Of a stretch of 64,000 nucleotides of DNA, positions 37,319 to 47,927 are shown one piece after another (within the stretch, counting starts at the first letter, position 1; every line of letters begins with the position of its first letter). The notes beneath the pieces are model-generated. The model was not told the origin of the DNA. It saw only the letters and a list, made by a program, of their open reading frames with translations, and searched no databases. Source of the stretch: an uncultured Methanosarcinales archaeon (lineage in GTDB: Archaea; Nanobdellota; Nanobdellia; Woesearchaeales; CAZKBD01); NCBI GenBank assembly GCA_964550945.1, contig CAZKBD010000001.1, forward strand, positions 289 through 64,288. The letters run 5' to 3'. Made by a program: the position numbers and the translations under genes.

Positions 37319-40300
37319 GAGAAGCTTGGATTCAACTAACTGCATTATTGATAATAGAGCTAATGCTATTGCTTCCTATATCGTTTGTTGATGCCCTTAC
37401 AATAAATTCTGTCAGGGTGCGCGATTTTAACGATAAAAATGCTACAATTGAATGGACAACAGATGTAGAAAGCGACAGCAGAGTCAGCTATGGAAAAACA
37501 ACAGCTCTAGGTCTTTTAGAAACTAGCTATGAAAAGTTAAGAGCTCATGTTGTAAAGCTGGCCAATCTGGAAGGCAACACATTATATTATTTCAGCGCAA
37601 TATCAAGCGACGGCACTGATACAATCACCGAAGATAACAACGGCAATTTTTACAGTTTCACGACAAAAGCAGACATCACAAAGCCATTCATTAAAGTAAT
37701 CCTTCCAAGATATTACACCAGCTATGAGATTGACATTGATGGAGAGGTTGAGCCAGGATCCAAGGTCATGCTTTATGTGAATGACATGAGCGGGTCTGCA
37801 AGAACGATGGATAACATTGAAACAGCGGATGGGAAATTCTCTTTCAGCAAAGTAAGGCTGCAGGCAAATAACAAGATAAGGATATACGCAAAAGACTCAG
37901 CTGGAAATGAAAACCAGGTTGATTCTGATATTACTGTAGATATTAACGCGCCTATCCTCACATTAGACAAGCTGCCGAAATATGCATTCACGAGAAACGC
38001 CACATTAAAAGGAAGTGTTAGTGAGCAGTCTTTAGTCAATGTCTACATGACAAGAACCTCTGCAGATACAAATCCGCCAGCAAAAGTTAATGGCTTAAAA
38101 TTAACAGATATAGGCAGTAATTTAGTAGAGCTTGAATGGGATGCGAATAATGAGCAGGATTTTGAGCAGTACGTCATTTACAGGAATGATATTGGCCCAA
38201 TAGCCACTGCTCGGCCTTCAAGCTACACCAATCTTGTTGATGTAAAAGTAAAAACCAATACAGAATACATTTATCAGATTAGTGCAATAGACAGGTCAGG
38301 AAATGAAGGAGAGAAATCCGATCCATTGGTTGTCAAAACTTTAGAAGGGGGAAATCCTGACACAATTATGCCCCGAGCAATCAATCTTAGCGAGAGGGTT
38401 GAAACTGGCTTGGTTGAAAAATTAAATGTTACTGGCGCATTCTTAATCAATTTAAGGTTTGATAAGGGAGATGGCATCTATCATATAAAAGTAGAATCCA
38501 AAGACAGTTCAGGAAATGCCGCTTTCCTTGAAGACAGCATTACTTTAGATACAAAACCTCCTAAAATCAAGATATCATCTCCAAGAACCCATACAAGAAT
38601 CTATGAGAATTTTGCAGATGATGTGACAATAGAAGGAGAGACAGAGCCAAATGCAAAAGTTGATTTGTGGGTGCAGAGGACTCCTTTAGGCTATCTAAAC
38701 AAGAGTGTTGAGGTTAGCGGCTTATTAAATGATATTGAAGAGTTAGACGAGTCAAGATTAAGGGCTGACTGCAGATTTGCAGTATCAAGCGGAAATTATT
38801 GCGATACAGGAGCAGATTTCTCAACAACTGCTGATGAGAATGGCTATTTCAGGGTTGAGCATGTTGACCTGACATCTATTTTCGGAGGAGCTATAGATAT
38901 TACAATGGTGCCTCCTGGAGACCGCTATGTAAACGATTACATGAACCGCCATTATAACCAATTCGGCCAGATTGCTGTTCCTGTTGAAAGTGACGTATTT
39001 ATTATGGTTACTGAAGAAAGCGGCCAAAGAGCTGCTGAAATTGCTAATTATGGCATTGTAACTTGCTGGTCTGGCAATATGACTTATGATATTGTTCCGA
39101 TAAATGACTACCAAAGCCCCACTTTCTTAAGCACAGAAAGGATTGCAGAAGGAACTGAAACAATTTATTTCTTGCTGAATTTCAGTTATAGGGGTTATGG
39201 AACAAATGCCATAGTAAACAGCGTTTCCTTCAGCAAGGCTTGTGATGATTATATAAGGAATGCTGACCAAAAATATAATGTTAGCTGCCAGATAATGCCT
39301 TCTGGCTGCATTGCAAAATCAAATCAAGAAAGAACAACATGGTATGTTGCCTGCCATCTAGGCGCATACAAGGATTTCAATAGGTTCCTTAAAGACGACT
39401 GGAAAGAATTTATGAAATCAATAAACAATGAGATGGTGTTCCCATTCCAGATAAGGTTGACTTATACGCATGAGATTGAAGGCAAAAAGGTTTCTGAAGT
39501 GCAGACAATGTGCGAGCCTGTTACTTATGTTGTCGATAACTCAAAAATAAATTTTAAGGAAGTGCTTCCTGACTGGCTTTTATACGATGCTGTAAATTGG
39601 ATAAATGATACAATCACAACCTTAGATAAGGTGATGGAGAAGATTTATCTTGTATTAGAGTATGTTGCAATCGGCTGTGTTGCTTCTTTTGTGATCAAAT
39701 TTGTATTGACTGTTTACAGAAGATTCCAGTGCTACTGGGATGGTTTCCAGGATTCTGTCAAAAAACTTGTTGACACTAAAGGAGATAGGCAAGCGTCAGA
39801 GCAGGCTTGCCCATTTGGTGAAAAGAAAGTAGGCATTGGCTGGGAACAGCAGCAAAACACATTAACAAATGCAGAGCTAAAATTAGATTGCGACAAATGC
39901 GCTGCTGCATGGGAGATTGAAGCTAAATTATACACAACTTACAGGTGGCTTTGCGACAGAGTATTCTGCCACAGCGCTCCTGCAAAATGGACTCAAGATA
40001 CCGAAGATCTTCAGCTGGAACAGAAAGCACTTGAAGAGACAAAGCAATGCGGCGATGTTGAAGATAAATCACTATTCGGGCAGACTTTAATCGAAGCTAA
40101 GTGTAGTGGCTTTAAAGAAGATTATTTGCAGCAAGATGTCATCAACGATGAAGGAGCAGCAAATAAATGTTATAGAGCTTCAGTCAAACAAGGCAGTATA
40201 GAAGAGCGCCTTGTTTTTGTAAAAACAAAGGAGCAAACAGGAAGTTCAGATAAGTATTACAAGTTCACAGTTGTTTCTGCTCAATCACAAACTATTGGAA

Positions 40301-43300
40301 GAAGTGGTAATATATGGGCAAGAGAGATAGGGGATAGATATTACACAGCAAGAGCAGAAACTTGCGAAGAACTATGCAAACAAAAAGGAGATGTTGCTTA
40401 TAGCTGCGGAAATTCTCAGGCATGCATTGATTTAGGAAGCAATGTTGATGCTGAGAGAAGCAAAGAGAGAGAAACAGCATTTAAAGCACTTGGTACTGTA
40501 AAATCTGTTCCAAAACAGGTTCCAACTAAGGAATTCGAATTTAATGCTAATATGAACTATGGCACAGCGCGCTATGGATATACCTCTGACTGTGTCTTTG
40601 GCAATGAAGGAGCTGATGCAGTAAAAACTGATCCTCAACAAACAGGAACAACATTAAGCGAAACAAAAGAATGCTGTTGCATTGGCAAAGGAACTGCAAG
40701 CCAGACAGGAAAGTATTACCTCTTCAAAGAATCAAGCAGCAGCAAAGCTTGCGCAGAAGGTAAAAGAATAGATTCTGAATTATGCGAGGTCTTCGATGAA
40801 GTTGAACCCGGAACTACTGATTATCCTGCATTTGACTACCGTTATTATCATATAAAATACAAGACAAAAGATGAGAGTAATCAATACAACCCTTATAGGT
40901 ATGTCTCTGGCAGGGATTTGCCAGCTTGTTTTGGATTCAATAGTTTCTTTACATCAGGAAAAAAATTAATGAACAATCCTGCAAAAGACCATTGGGCAGC
41001 ATTCCAATGCTTATGCATAAGCGGCATTTACAATAGGTTGCAGGCAATAAAAAATATCCTTGGCGCTTTGCAGGCCTGCCTTATACAGGTAAGGACAACT
41101 GGAACTGCTGATGCAGGCGTTTGCAAAGAATTATTTTCTCAATGGGTTTGTTCTCTAATCTGGAAAGTGCTTGTTACATTTAAGGATGGCTGCATGCCTT
41201 GGGACAGCTGGGGCAAGGATGACAATGCTCAGATTAGTGATGTGCAAGCATTCATGCAAGGCGGCACCCAAGCTTTAGTTGGCGGTGTTGGCGAGTCATT
41301 AAATGAAATAACTGAGGAATATGGAGGGACAGTTGCCACAAATTTATTAGGTGAAAGTGAAGAAGCTGTTGCAAGAAAAGTATGCTTGGCTGCATTCGGC
41401 TATGATTGGGAGCTTAGCATGGAAGATGTCATTGATGTCGCTTACCAAACGCCTTTTGCAACCTTGGTGCAGCCTGTCTTGCCATTTAGAGAATATCTGA
41501 CATTTGATCCATTCAACGGCTATTCAAGCTATGAATACAGGACTTCATGGCTGATTAATCCTGGCTGTGATTTTGATGATTATGACATCTATTTAAGCTG
41601 CGTCTCAAATAACGAGCTTTATGGAGACGATAAAAGGAAAGGATATAGTGGCGTTGACTGCACTAAGCAAGGTGATCCAGAAGGCAGCAATTGCGATTGC
41701 CTTGGCCTAGATAGAGAACAAGTAAGGAAGTTCTATGATGGAAAAAGATTAAAGCAGAATGTTTTGGAAAACAAGGATTATCACGAAGTTATCCAGGCTC
41801 CATACAGATTTGATCATCTCAAGTTTGTATTAAGGACTAGCAGGAATATTAAAGGTGATATTGCTAAAAATTGCTTCCCAGACGGCCATGATGATGGAAT
41901 ATTCTATTTCCCAATCAAAGACAGGACAGCGCAAGATATTGCTGCCTGCTATGTTGATGCATCTGGCGGAACATTCAAATGCGTCTCAGGAGACGTCTTC
42001 TTTGGCCAGAAAGGCAACTCATACATACAAGGTGTTAAGCTTGTTAATGAAAAAAATGATGTCCAAGCAAATGAAAACCAAGAAACGCAATTCACAAGAG
42101 GCCAACCTTTAGATATAAAGCCAACAGTCTGGAGATCATCAGGCAAAGACCAATGCATGAGGATTGTTTTAGAGTCAGCTTTTGAATCTCGCGTTGATAA
42201 AGTGTTAGCTATTGATGTGGACGGCTTGCATGAATATGGGCCTATCCAGCTAGTTCCTAATCTCGAAATCGCGCGTTCAAGGTTAGGCGTGCCTCAAGGA
42301 GTTACTGCATCCATAGTAACCTCTGAAAATGTAAAGGAAGTCCGTTGGTCAGTCAAGTTTGAAGATGGGGGCAATGATGGAGATTTTATTATAAGCACTA
42401 CATCCCCAGACATGCTTGGAATAGATAATAAACATCAACAATTGACTAAGTGGTTCGAAGAACAAAATAAAGAACAAAATCCAAATGTCTACATACAAGA
42501 TGGGGCTATTTTCATGAAACAAAACGACGAACAAGGTAAACTGGTTACCATCAAGATTACCGGAGTGCAACTTCCAAAATCAACTGAAAAATCAACTGAA
42601 GGAATTGTAAGCAAAGTAGGCGCAATCAGCGATAATATTGTGGTAGCAGCTCCTGGAGATTTCTCTGAATTAAAAACGCTGACAGTAGAATTGTTCCATA
42701 TGAGAGACCTTAGCGAGCAGCAGTATTACAGCAGCTTTGAGGACTGCAACCTGAATGATCCTGTTACCTACCAGAATGATATCCAAAAGAAAGTTTACAA
42801 GATAAGGGTTGTTCCAAAACCTTCTGACACAACTACTGAAGGCAAGATTACTTCTCCTGCGCAAAGGCAGGCTGCAACTGCAGCTCAAGACAAGGAGTTA
42901 GTTACCACACCCACAGTTATCAGGCAACAGCTAATAAACTATTTCAACGAAAAGGTTACTAAAAATCCAACATTGCAAGCGCAAGCTGGGAAATTTTTTG
43001 ATTTAGGAGGAATATATGGAGTTGACCCTGCTTTTGCTGCTGCTGTCGCAATGCTTGAAAGTGCCTATGGTGCAAGTGATATTGCTCTTAACAAATACAA
43101 TTACTTTGGGATAACCGCCGGCGGAGAAGGCGGGGGCTATAAATCATATGGTTCAGCAGAAGAGGGGATAGACGCGTTTTATCGCCTAATAAAAAACGAT
43201 TATATCAACTGTGGACAAGATACAATAAATGAGATTGCAACAGGTACAGGTTATATCAAAAGTGACAACTGTAAATCAGATAACCATGCTTATGTAGGCG

Positions 43301-43368
43301 ATTCAGGAAGAACCAGTTGGCTTACTAACATACCTGCAATCAGAACACAAATTCAAAACCAAAAGTGA
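37315..43368 (+). CDS. Giant secreted protein (2017 aa), module B gene 2: Fn3/Ig-like domains, internal hydrophobic helix, conserved Cys core, C-terminal glucosaminidase (FlgJ-like lysozyme family) domain
   Basis: Signal peptide. Fn3-like blocks (IEWTTDVESDSRVSYGKT..., LVELEWDANNEQDFEQYVIYRN...SAIDRSGNEG). C-terminus AAAVAMLESAYGASDIALNKYNYFGITAGGEGGGYKSYGSAEEGIDAFYRLI matches the glucosaminidase motif (ALESGWG...NNLFGIK). ATGA overlap with the preceding gene. Confidence 0.7.
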   Translation: MREAWIQLTALLIIELMLLLPISFVDALTINSVRVRDFNDKNATIEWTTDVESDSRVSYGKTTALGLLETSYEKLRAHVVKLANLEGNTLYYFSAISSDGTDTITEDNNGNFYSFTTKADITKPFIKVILPRYYTSYEIDIDGEVEPGSKVMLYVNDMSGSARTMDNIETADGKFSFSKVRLQANNKIRIYAKDSAGNENQVDSDITVDINAPILTLDKLPKYAFTRNATLKGSVSEQSLVNVYMTRTSADTNPPAKVNGLKLTDIGSNLVELEWDANNEQDFEQYVIYRNDIGPIATARPSSYTNLVDVKVKTNTEYIYQISAIDRSGNEGEKSDPLVVKTLEGGNPDTIMPRAINLSERVETGLVEKLNVTGAFLINLRFDKGDGIYHIKVESKDSSGNAAFLEDSITLDTKPPKIKISSPRTHTRIYENFADDVTIEGETEPNAKVDLWVQRTPLGYLNKSVEVSGLLNDIEELDESRLRADCRFAVSSGNYCDTGADFSTTADENGYFRVEHVDLTSIFGGAIDITMVPPGDRYVNDYMNRHYNQFGQIAVPVESDVFIMVTEESGQRAAEIANYGIVTCWSGNMTYDIVPINDYQSPTFLSTERIAEGTETIYFLLNFSYRGYGTNAIVNSVSFSKACDDYIRNADQKYNVSCQIMPSGCIAKSNQERTTWYVACHLGAYKDFNRFLKDDWKEFMKSINNEMVFPFQIRLTYTHEIEGKKVSEVQTMCEPVTYVVDNSKINFKEVLPDWLLYDAVNWINDTITTLDKVMEKIYLVLEYVAIGCVASFVIKFVLTVYRRFQCYWDGFQDSVKKLVDTKGDRQASEQACPFGEKKVGIGWEQQQNTLTNAELKLDCDKCAAAWEIEAKLYTTYRWLCDRVFCHSAPAKWTQDTEDLQLEQKALEETKQCGDVEDKSLFGQTLIEAKCSGFKEDYLQQDVINDEGAANKCYRASVKQGSIEERLVFVKTKEQTGSSDKYYKFTVVSAQSQTIGRSGNIWAREIGDRYYTARAETCEELCKQKGDVAYSCGNSQACIDLGSNVDAERSKERETAFKALGTVKSVPKQVPTKEFEFNANMNYGTARYGYTSDCVFGNEGADAVKTDPQQTGTTLSETKECCCIGKGTASQTGKYYLFKESSSSKACAEGKRIDSELCEVFDEVEPGTTDYPAFDYRYYHIKYKTKDESNQYNPYRYVSGRDLPACFGFNSFFTSGKKLMNNPAKDHWAAFQCLCISGIYNRLQAIKNILGALQACLIQVRTTGTADAGVCKELFSQWVCSLIWKVLVTFKDGCMPWDSWGKDDNAQISDVQAFMQGGTQALVGGVGESLNEITEEYGGTVATNLLGESEEAVARKVCLAAFGYDWELSMEDVIDVAYQTPFATLVQPVLPFREYLTFDPFNGYSSYEYRTSWLINPGCDFDDYDIYLSCVSNNELYGDDKRKGYSGVDCTKQGDPEGSNCDCLGLDREQVRKFYDGKRLKQNVLENKDYHEVIQAPYRFDHLKFVLRTSRNIKGDIAKNCFPDGHDDGIFYFPIKDRTAQDIAACYVDASGGTFKCVSGDVFFGQKGNSYIQGVKLVNEKNDVQANENQETQFTRGQPLDIKPTVWRSSGKDQCMRIVLESAFESRVDKVLAIDVDGLHEYGPIQLVPNLEIARSRLGVPQGVTASIVTSENVKEVRWSVKFEDGGNDGDFIISTTSPDMLGIDNKHQQLTKWFEEQNKEQNPNVYIQDGAIFMKQNDEQGKLVTIKITGVQLPKSTEKSTEGIVSKVGAISDNIVVAAPGDFSELKTLTVELFHMRDLSEQQYYSSFEDCNLNDPVTYQNDIQKKVYKIRVVPKPSDTTTEGKITSPAQRQAATAAQDKELVTTPTVIRQQLINYFNEKVTKNPTLQAQAGKFFDLGGIYGVDPAFAAAVAMLESAYGASDIALNKYNYFGITAGGEGGGYKSYGSAEEGIDAFYRLIKNDYINCGQDTINEIATGTGYIKSDNCKSDNHAYVGDSGRTSWLTNIPAIRTQIQNQK

Positions 43369-43387
43369 GTATCTTAGTTAAAATACA

Positions 43388-44191
43388 ATGAAAAACCCAA
43401 TAACCTCATCAATAAAAGAAACATTCACGTTGATCAACAAGCACAGGAATCTCTTTGCTTTGCTGTTTATCCTGCAGTTTGTGTTTATTGTTTTAATGTT
43501 CTATGTCAATATTTATTATCAGATGAAGATAATGGATAGTGCTACAATAATTATTGACACATTAGACAAGCAGCAATTAACAGATGAGGATGTTGCTAAG
43601 AATTTCCTGCAGCAGGGAGACTTAATCCAGGATTCTTTTGAACTTTATAATGCTTCTCAAGAGGTTATAAAGAATGTGGGTGTTTTAGTGGCCATTAGCA
43701 TGATTATATACATTCTATTAGGGGGCCTTCTATGGGCTTTGACTGATCAGCTAATCAACAAAAAGAAGCTAAATCAGTTTTTCATTTACATTGGAAGATT
43801 TGCTGCAATAACTATTGTGTACAGCCTTATTGTATTCATCATTTTAATGCAGGCAGGCAGCGGATTAAAAGAAGAGCTGTCATTTAATTACTTCTGGCTT
43901 GTTTTGATTGTTATACCTTTTTATTTTATCTTCATCTCTTATGCTTTAGCCAGCAAGCTAAAATTAAAAGACTTGGCAAAACAAACCTTCTTGATTGGAA
44001 TTAAAAAAGCTCATTATATATTGTTAGTATACTTCATAAATATAGTAATTTTGTGCTTGTTAGGATTGATTATGTACCTTCTACTGGAAAGGACTATCCT
44101 GCTATTGACGATAGCAATGATATTATTTATTTTGTGTTATACCTGGACAAGGTTGTTTTTGGCCGTGGTTGTTGAAAGCATAAGAAATTGA
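43388..44191 (+). CDS. Polytopic membrane protein of unknown function
   Basis: At least six predicted TM helices. Follows the giant gene by 20 nt. Confidence 0.5.
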   Translation: MKNPITSSIKETFTLINKHRNLFALLFILQFVFIVLMFYVNIYYQMKIMDSATIIIDTLDKQQLTDEDVAKNFLQQGDLIQDSFELYNASQEVIKNVGVLVAISMIIYILLGGLLWALTDQLINKKKLNQFFIYIGRFAAITIVYSLIVFIILMQAGSGLKEELSFNYFWLVLIVIPFYFIFISYALASKLKLKDLAKQTFLIGIKKAHYILLVYFINIVILCLLGLIMYLLLERTILLLTIAMILFILCYTWTRLFLAVVVESIRN

Positions 44192-44365
44192 TTAAACTTT
44201 CAGTACGTTCAATCCTTCTATTCTGCTAAAATGGTTTATATTTTCGGTTATTAGAAATCTCTGATTTCTAAAAGGCTGGTGGTATATTTCTGACATATAA
44301 ATTATGTAACAACTAGTATAGGCAGCGAAAAGTATATAAGTTAAGGGGCATTATTTGTTTATACA

Positions 44366-44560
44366 ATGACAGAAGTCACCCTTGAAAAAATTAATGAGAA
44401 CATCCTGGTATTAAAGAAAGAACTAGATTATATTAAAGAAATATTAGAAGAGTCTGAGTTCGAGTTAACAGATGAAGTAAAAGAACAAATAGATGAATCT
44501 AGGAATAGGCCTGTCTCTGAATTCAAAACTCAAAAAGAAATAGAAAAGAATTTCTTATGA
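44366..44560 (+). CDS. Small helical protein, putative antitoxin of the RelE/ParE-like toxin
   Basis: 64 aa, acidic. Stop overlaps the toxin start (ATGA). Confidence 0.4.
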   Translation: MTEVTLEKINENILVLKKELDYIKEILEESEFELTDEVKEQIDESRNRPVSEFKTQKEIEKNFL

Positions 44561-44814
44561 AATACGAGGTTCTTTACGACCCTAAATCAGAAAAGCAACT
44601 AGATAAATTACCTAGGAATACTGCTGTAAGGATAATTAAAAAGATGAGAGAAGTGGGAGACACAGGCAGAGGGATTGAGACATTAAAAGATGAGAACTAC
44701 AAATATAAGGTTAGGGTAGGAAATTATCGAGTTCTAATAGACATAACCAATAATCCAAGTAGGATATGGGTAAGATATGTGGATCACAGGAGCAGGATAT
44801 ATAAGCGGTTTTGA
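44557..44814 (+). CDS. RelE/ParE-family toxin
   Basis: YKYKVRVGNYRVLIDITNNPSRIWVRYVDHRSRIY matches the RelE/ParE core (YKLRVGDYRVIY...HRKD.Y). Confidence 0.65.
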   Translation: MKYEVLYDPKSEKQLDKLPRNTAVRIIKKMREVGDTGRGIETLKDENYKYKVRVGNYRVLIDITNNPSRIWVRYVDHRSRIYKRF

Positions 44815-44866
44815 GATACTTGAGTCTTAATTCGTAAAACTTACGCGCATCACAGAAATCCGACCA

Positions 44867-44896
44867 CTCTGGACTATCGTCCAGAGTTATCTTTTT
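44867..44896 (+). terminator. Hairpin ctctggac-tatcg-tccagag followed by a T-rich run
   Basis: Perfect 8-bp inverted repeat then ttatcttttt, downstream of the RelE gene. Confidence 0.4.
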
Positions 44897-44977
44897 CTTA
44901 GTATATCCTCGTCATTAATCGTTGTCAAGAAAACTTTATAAACACTTCTGCAATAACATAGGCATATTGGGGGAATC

Positions 44978-46867
44978 ATGGATAGCCAATTTTCAGTAGA
45001 TATAGAAACAAATTTCTTAGATATGATTAGTTCCCCATCTGAACTAAAATTATTGAACAGAAAGCAGATAAAGCTGCTAACTAAAGAAGTAAGAAGCAGG
45101 ATAATAAAAACAGTTTCAAAAAATGGCGGCCATTTGGCCTCAAATTTAGGGGTGGTAGAGCTGACAATAGCCTTAAACTATGTGTTCAGCCCTCCAAAAG
45201 ATAGGATCGTATTTGATGTTGGCCATCAAAGCTACACATATAAGCTTCTTACCGGCAGGAGCAAGAATTTTGGCAGTTTAAGGCAGCATAAAGGGATTTC
45301 AGGATTCCCGAAAAGGGAAGAAAGCATTTGCGATTCTTTCAACACAGGCCATGCCTCTACTTCAATCTCAGCTGCCCTTGGGATTGCTAAAGCAAGAGAC
45401 TTAAAAAATGAAAATTATAAGGTAATTGCGGTGGTTGGTGACGGAGCTTTAACAGGCGGAATGTCATTTGAAGCGCTAAACCATGCAGGAGCGTTAAAAA
45501 CAGATTTATTAGTGGTATTGAATGACAATGAGATGTCTATAAGCCCTAATGTCGGAGCCTTATCCAAATATCTCACGAGGATGGTTACTAGCCCAAAATA
45601 CCATGAAATAAGGCAAAAGACAGAGCTATTGCTGAAAAAACTGCCAAAATTCGGAGATATTGCTGCAAAAAAAGCCTTTGAATTAGAAGATTGGATCAGG
45701 GCAATGTCTGCCCAAGGGTTATTTTTCAAAGAAATGGGTTTCCATTATTTCGGGCCTATTGACGGCCATAATCTTGATGAGCTGGTATTAGCATTAAATA
45801 ACATAAAGTCAATAAAAGGCCCTGTTTTGCTCCATGTGATAACAAAAAAAGGCAAGGGCTATAGCCACGCAGAAAACAATAACGCAAAATTCCACGGCGT
45901 AAACCAGTTCAACATCTACAATGGAGAAGACACTAATTGCAGCACTAATATGACGTTTACATCTGCTTTTTCAAAAGCGCTGACAAAACTGGCTGAGCAA
46001 GACAAGAGTATAGTTGCAATAACAGCTGCAATGAAATTAGGAACTGGCCTTGAGGAATTTGCAAAAAACTATCCTAACAGGTTTTTTGATGTTGGCATTG
46101 CTGAGCAGCATGCTGTTACTTTTGCAGCCGGCTTGGCTAGCCAAGGCTTTAAGCCTGTATGTGCAATCTATTCAACATTTTTGCAGCGAAGTTATGACCA
46201 GATTTTACATGACGTTTGCCTGCAGAATCTGAATGTTACTTTTGCAATTGACAGGGCAGGATTAGTTGGAGAAGATGGGCCAACACACCATGGCTCTTTT
46301 GATTTAAGCTTTTTAAGGCACATACCTAATATGGTTATTGCTGCTCCAAAAGATGAAAATGAACTGCAGCATTTATTAAAAACCGCCATTGACTATAATG
46401 GCCCCGCGGCAATCAGGTATCCAAGAGGTTGCGGTATTGGTGCAAAAATGGACAAGACTCCTATGAGATTAAAAATTGGCAAATCAGAGGTTGTAAAGCA
46501 TGGCTCTGATGTTGCAATATTCGCAGTTGGCCACTTAGTTTATGAGGCAATTGAAGCTGCAAAGGAATTAAAGGAAAAAGGCATAAAAGCAATGGTTATA
46601 AACGCAAGATTCATTAAGCCATTAGATGAAAAATTGATTTTATACTTAACAAAAAAGATAAAAAATATAATCACCATAGAAGAAAACTCTTTGCAAGGTG
46701 GGTTTGGCTCTTCATTATTAGAGCTTTTGGAGAAAAATAAGATAAAGGCAAATATAAAAAGGATAGGGCTTCCTGATAAATTCATTGAGCATGGTCCTTT
46801 GGAAATTTTAAGGAAGAATTATGGCTTAACCAAAGAGAATATTGTAAAGGCGGTTGAGGATTTATGA
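44978..46867 (+). CDS. dxs: 1-deoxy-D-xylulose-5-phosphate synthase
   Basis: TPP-binding GDGALTGGMSFEALNHAG. Transketolase-like pyrimidine and C-terminal domains. Length 629 aa. Confidence 0.9.
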   Translation: MDSQFSVDIETNFLDMISSPSELKLLNRKQIKLLTKEVRSRIIKTVSKNGGHLASNLGVVELTIALNYVFSPPKDRIVFDVGHQSYTYKLLTGRSKNFGSLRQHKGISGFPKREESICDSFNTGHASTSISAALGIAKARDLKNENYKVIAVVGDGALTGGMSFEALNHAGALKTDLLVVLNDNEMSISPNVGALSKYLTRMVTSPKYHEIRQKTELLLKKLPKFGDIAAKKAFELEDWIRAMSAQGLFFKEMGFHYFGPIDGHNLDELVLALNNIKSIKGPVLLHVITKKGKGYSHAENNNAKFHGVNQFNIYNGEDTNCSTNMTFTSAFSKALTKLAEQDKSIVAITAAMKLGTGLEEFAKNYPNRFFDVGIAEQHAVTFAAGLASQGFKPVCAIYSTFLQRSYDQILHDVCLQNLNVTFAIDRAGLVGEDGPTHHGSFDLSFLRHIPNMVIAAPKDENELQHLLKTAIDYNGPAAIRYPRGCGIGAKMDKTPMRLKIGKSEVVKHGSDVAIFAVGHLVYEAIEAAKELKEKGIKAMVINARFIKPLDEKLILYLTKKIKNIITIEENSLQGGFGSSLLELLEKNKIKANIKRIGLPDKFIEHGPLEILRKNYGLTKENIVKAVEDL

Positions 46868-47907
46868 GAAATAAATCAACAAAGCGGATAAAAGTTGGAA
46901 ATGCGCTTATAGGAGGCAATGCAGATATTACTGTCCAGTCTATGACAAACACAGATACAAAGAACATCAACGCAACAATAGGCCAGATAAAAAGGCTGGA
47001 AGAAGCTGGTTGCGAGATCATCAGGTTAGCTGTTCCTGATATGGAATCAGTAAGTGCCTTAAAAGAGATTAAAGATAACATTAACATTCCATTGGTTGCT
47101 GACATTCATTTTGATTATAGGTTAGCAGTTGAAGCTGCAAAGTATGTAGACAAGATAAGGATTAATCCAGGCAATATTGGAAATAAGATTCCAGAGGTTG
47201 TTAAAGCTGCAAAAGAACATTCCATCCCGATAAGAGTTGGCATTAACTTAGGCTCTTTAGAAAAAGATATCGAGAAAGAATTCGGCCTTACAGCAAAAGC
47301 AATGGTTGAGTCTGCTTTAAGAAACATCAAAATTTTAGAAGATTTGGATTATTATGATATTGTGGTTTCGTTAAAGGCAAATGATGTTGTAAGGACAATA
47401 GAAGCAAATAAATTATTTTCAAAAATTAGCAACTATCCTCTGCATTTAGGTGTTACAGAATCAGGCTCCAGCTTTTCCGGCACAATAAGCTCAGCAGTAG
47501 GGATTGGAAGCTTGCTTGCAGAAGGCATTGGAGACACAATAAGGGTTTCCTTATCAGCTGATCCTGTTGACGAAGTTAAAGCTGGATGGCAGATATTGAA
47601 GGCACTAAAATTAAGAAAGAGGGGCATTGATATAACAAGCTGCCCAACATGCGCAAGAGCTCATTTTGATGTAATAAAAGTTACAAAAGAATTAGAGGAG
47701 AAAACATCTGGAATAAAAAAACCATTGCATATAGCAATTATGGGCTGTGAAGTCAATGGGCCAGGAGAAGCAAAGGAAGCAGATATTGGTGTTGTGGGGG
47801 GCAAAGGAGAGCATCTTATTTATAAAAAAGGAGCAATAATTAAAAAATTGAAAGAAGATGATATAATCGATTCTGTTATGGAAGAGATTGATAGGGTTAT
47901 TCTTTAG
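46864..47907 (+). CDS. ispG: 4-hydroxy-3-methylbut-2-enyl diphosphate synthase (GcpE)
   Basis: ITSCPTCAR...IAIMGCEVNGPGE Fe-S Cys ligands. ATGA overlap with dxs. Confidence 0.9.
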   Translation: MRNKSTKRIKVGNALIGGNADITVQSMTNTDTKNINATIGQIKRLEEAGCEIIRLAVPDMESVSALKEIKDNINIPLVADIHFDYRLAVEAAKYVDKIRINPGNIGNKIPEVVKAAKEHSIPIRVGINLGSLEKDIEKEFGLTAKAMVESALRNIKILEDLDYYDIVVSLKANDVVRTIEANKLFSKISNYPLHLGVTESGSSFSGTISSAVGIGSLLAEGIGDTIRVSLSADPVDEVKAGWQILKALKLRKRGIDITSCPTCARAHFDVIKVTKELEEKTSGIKKPLHIAIMGCEVNGPGEAKEADIGVVGGKGEHLIYKKGAIIKKLKEDDIIDSVMEEIDRVIL

Positions 47908-47927
47908 ATGTGAGTTGTCAAGAACCG

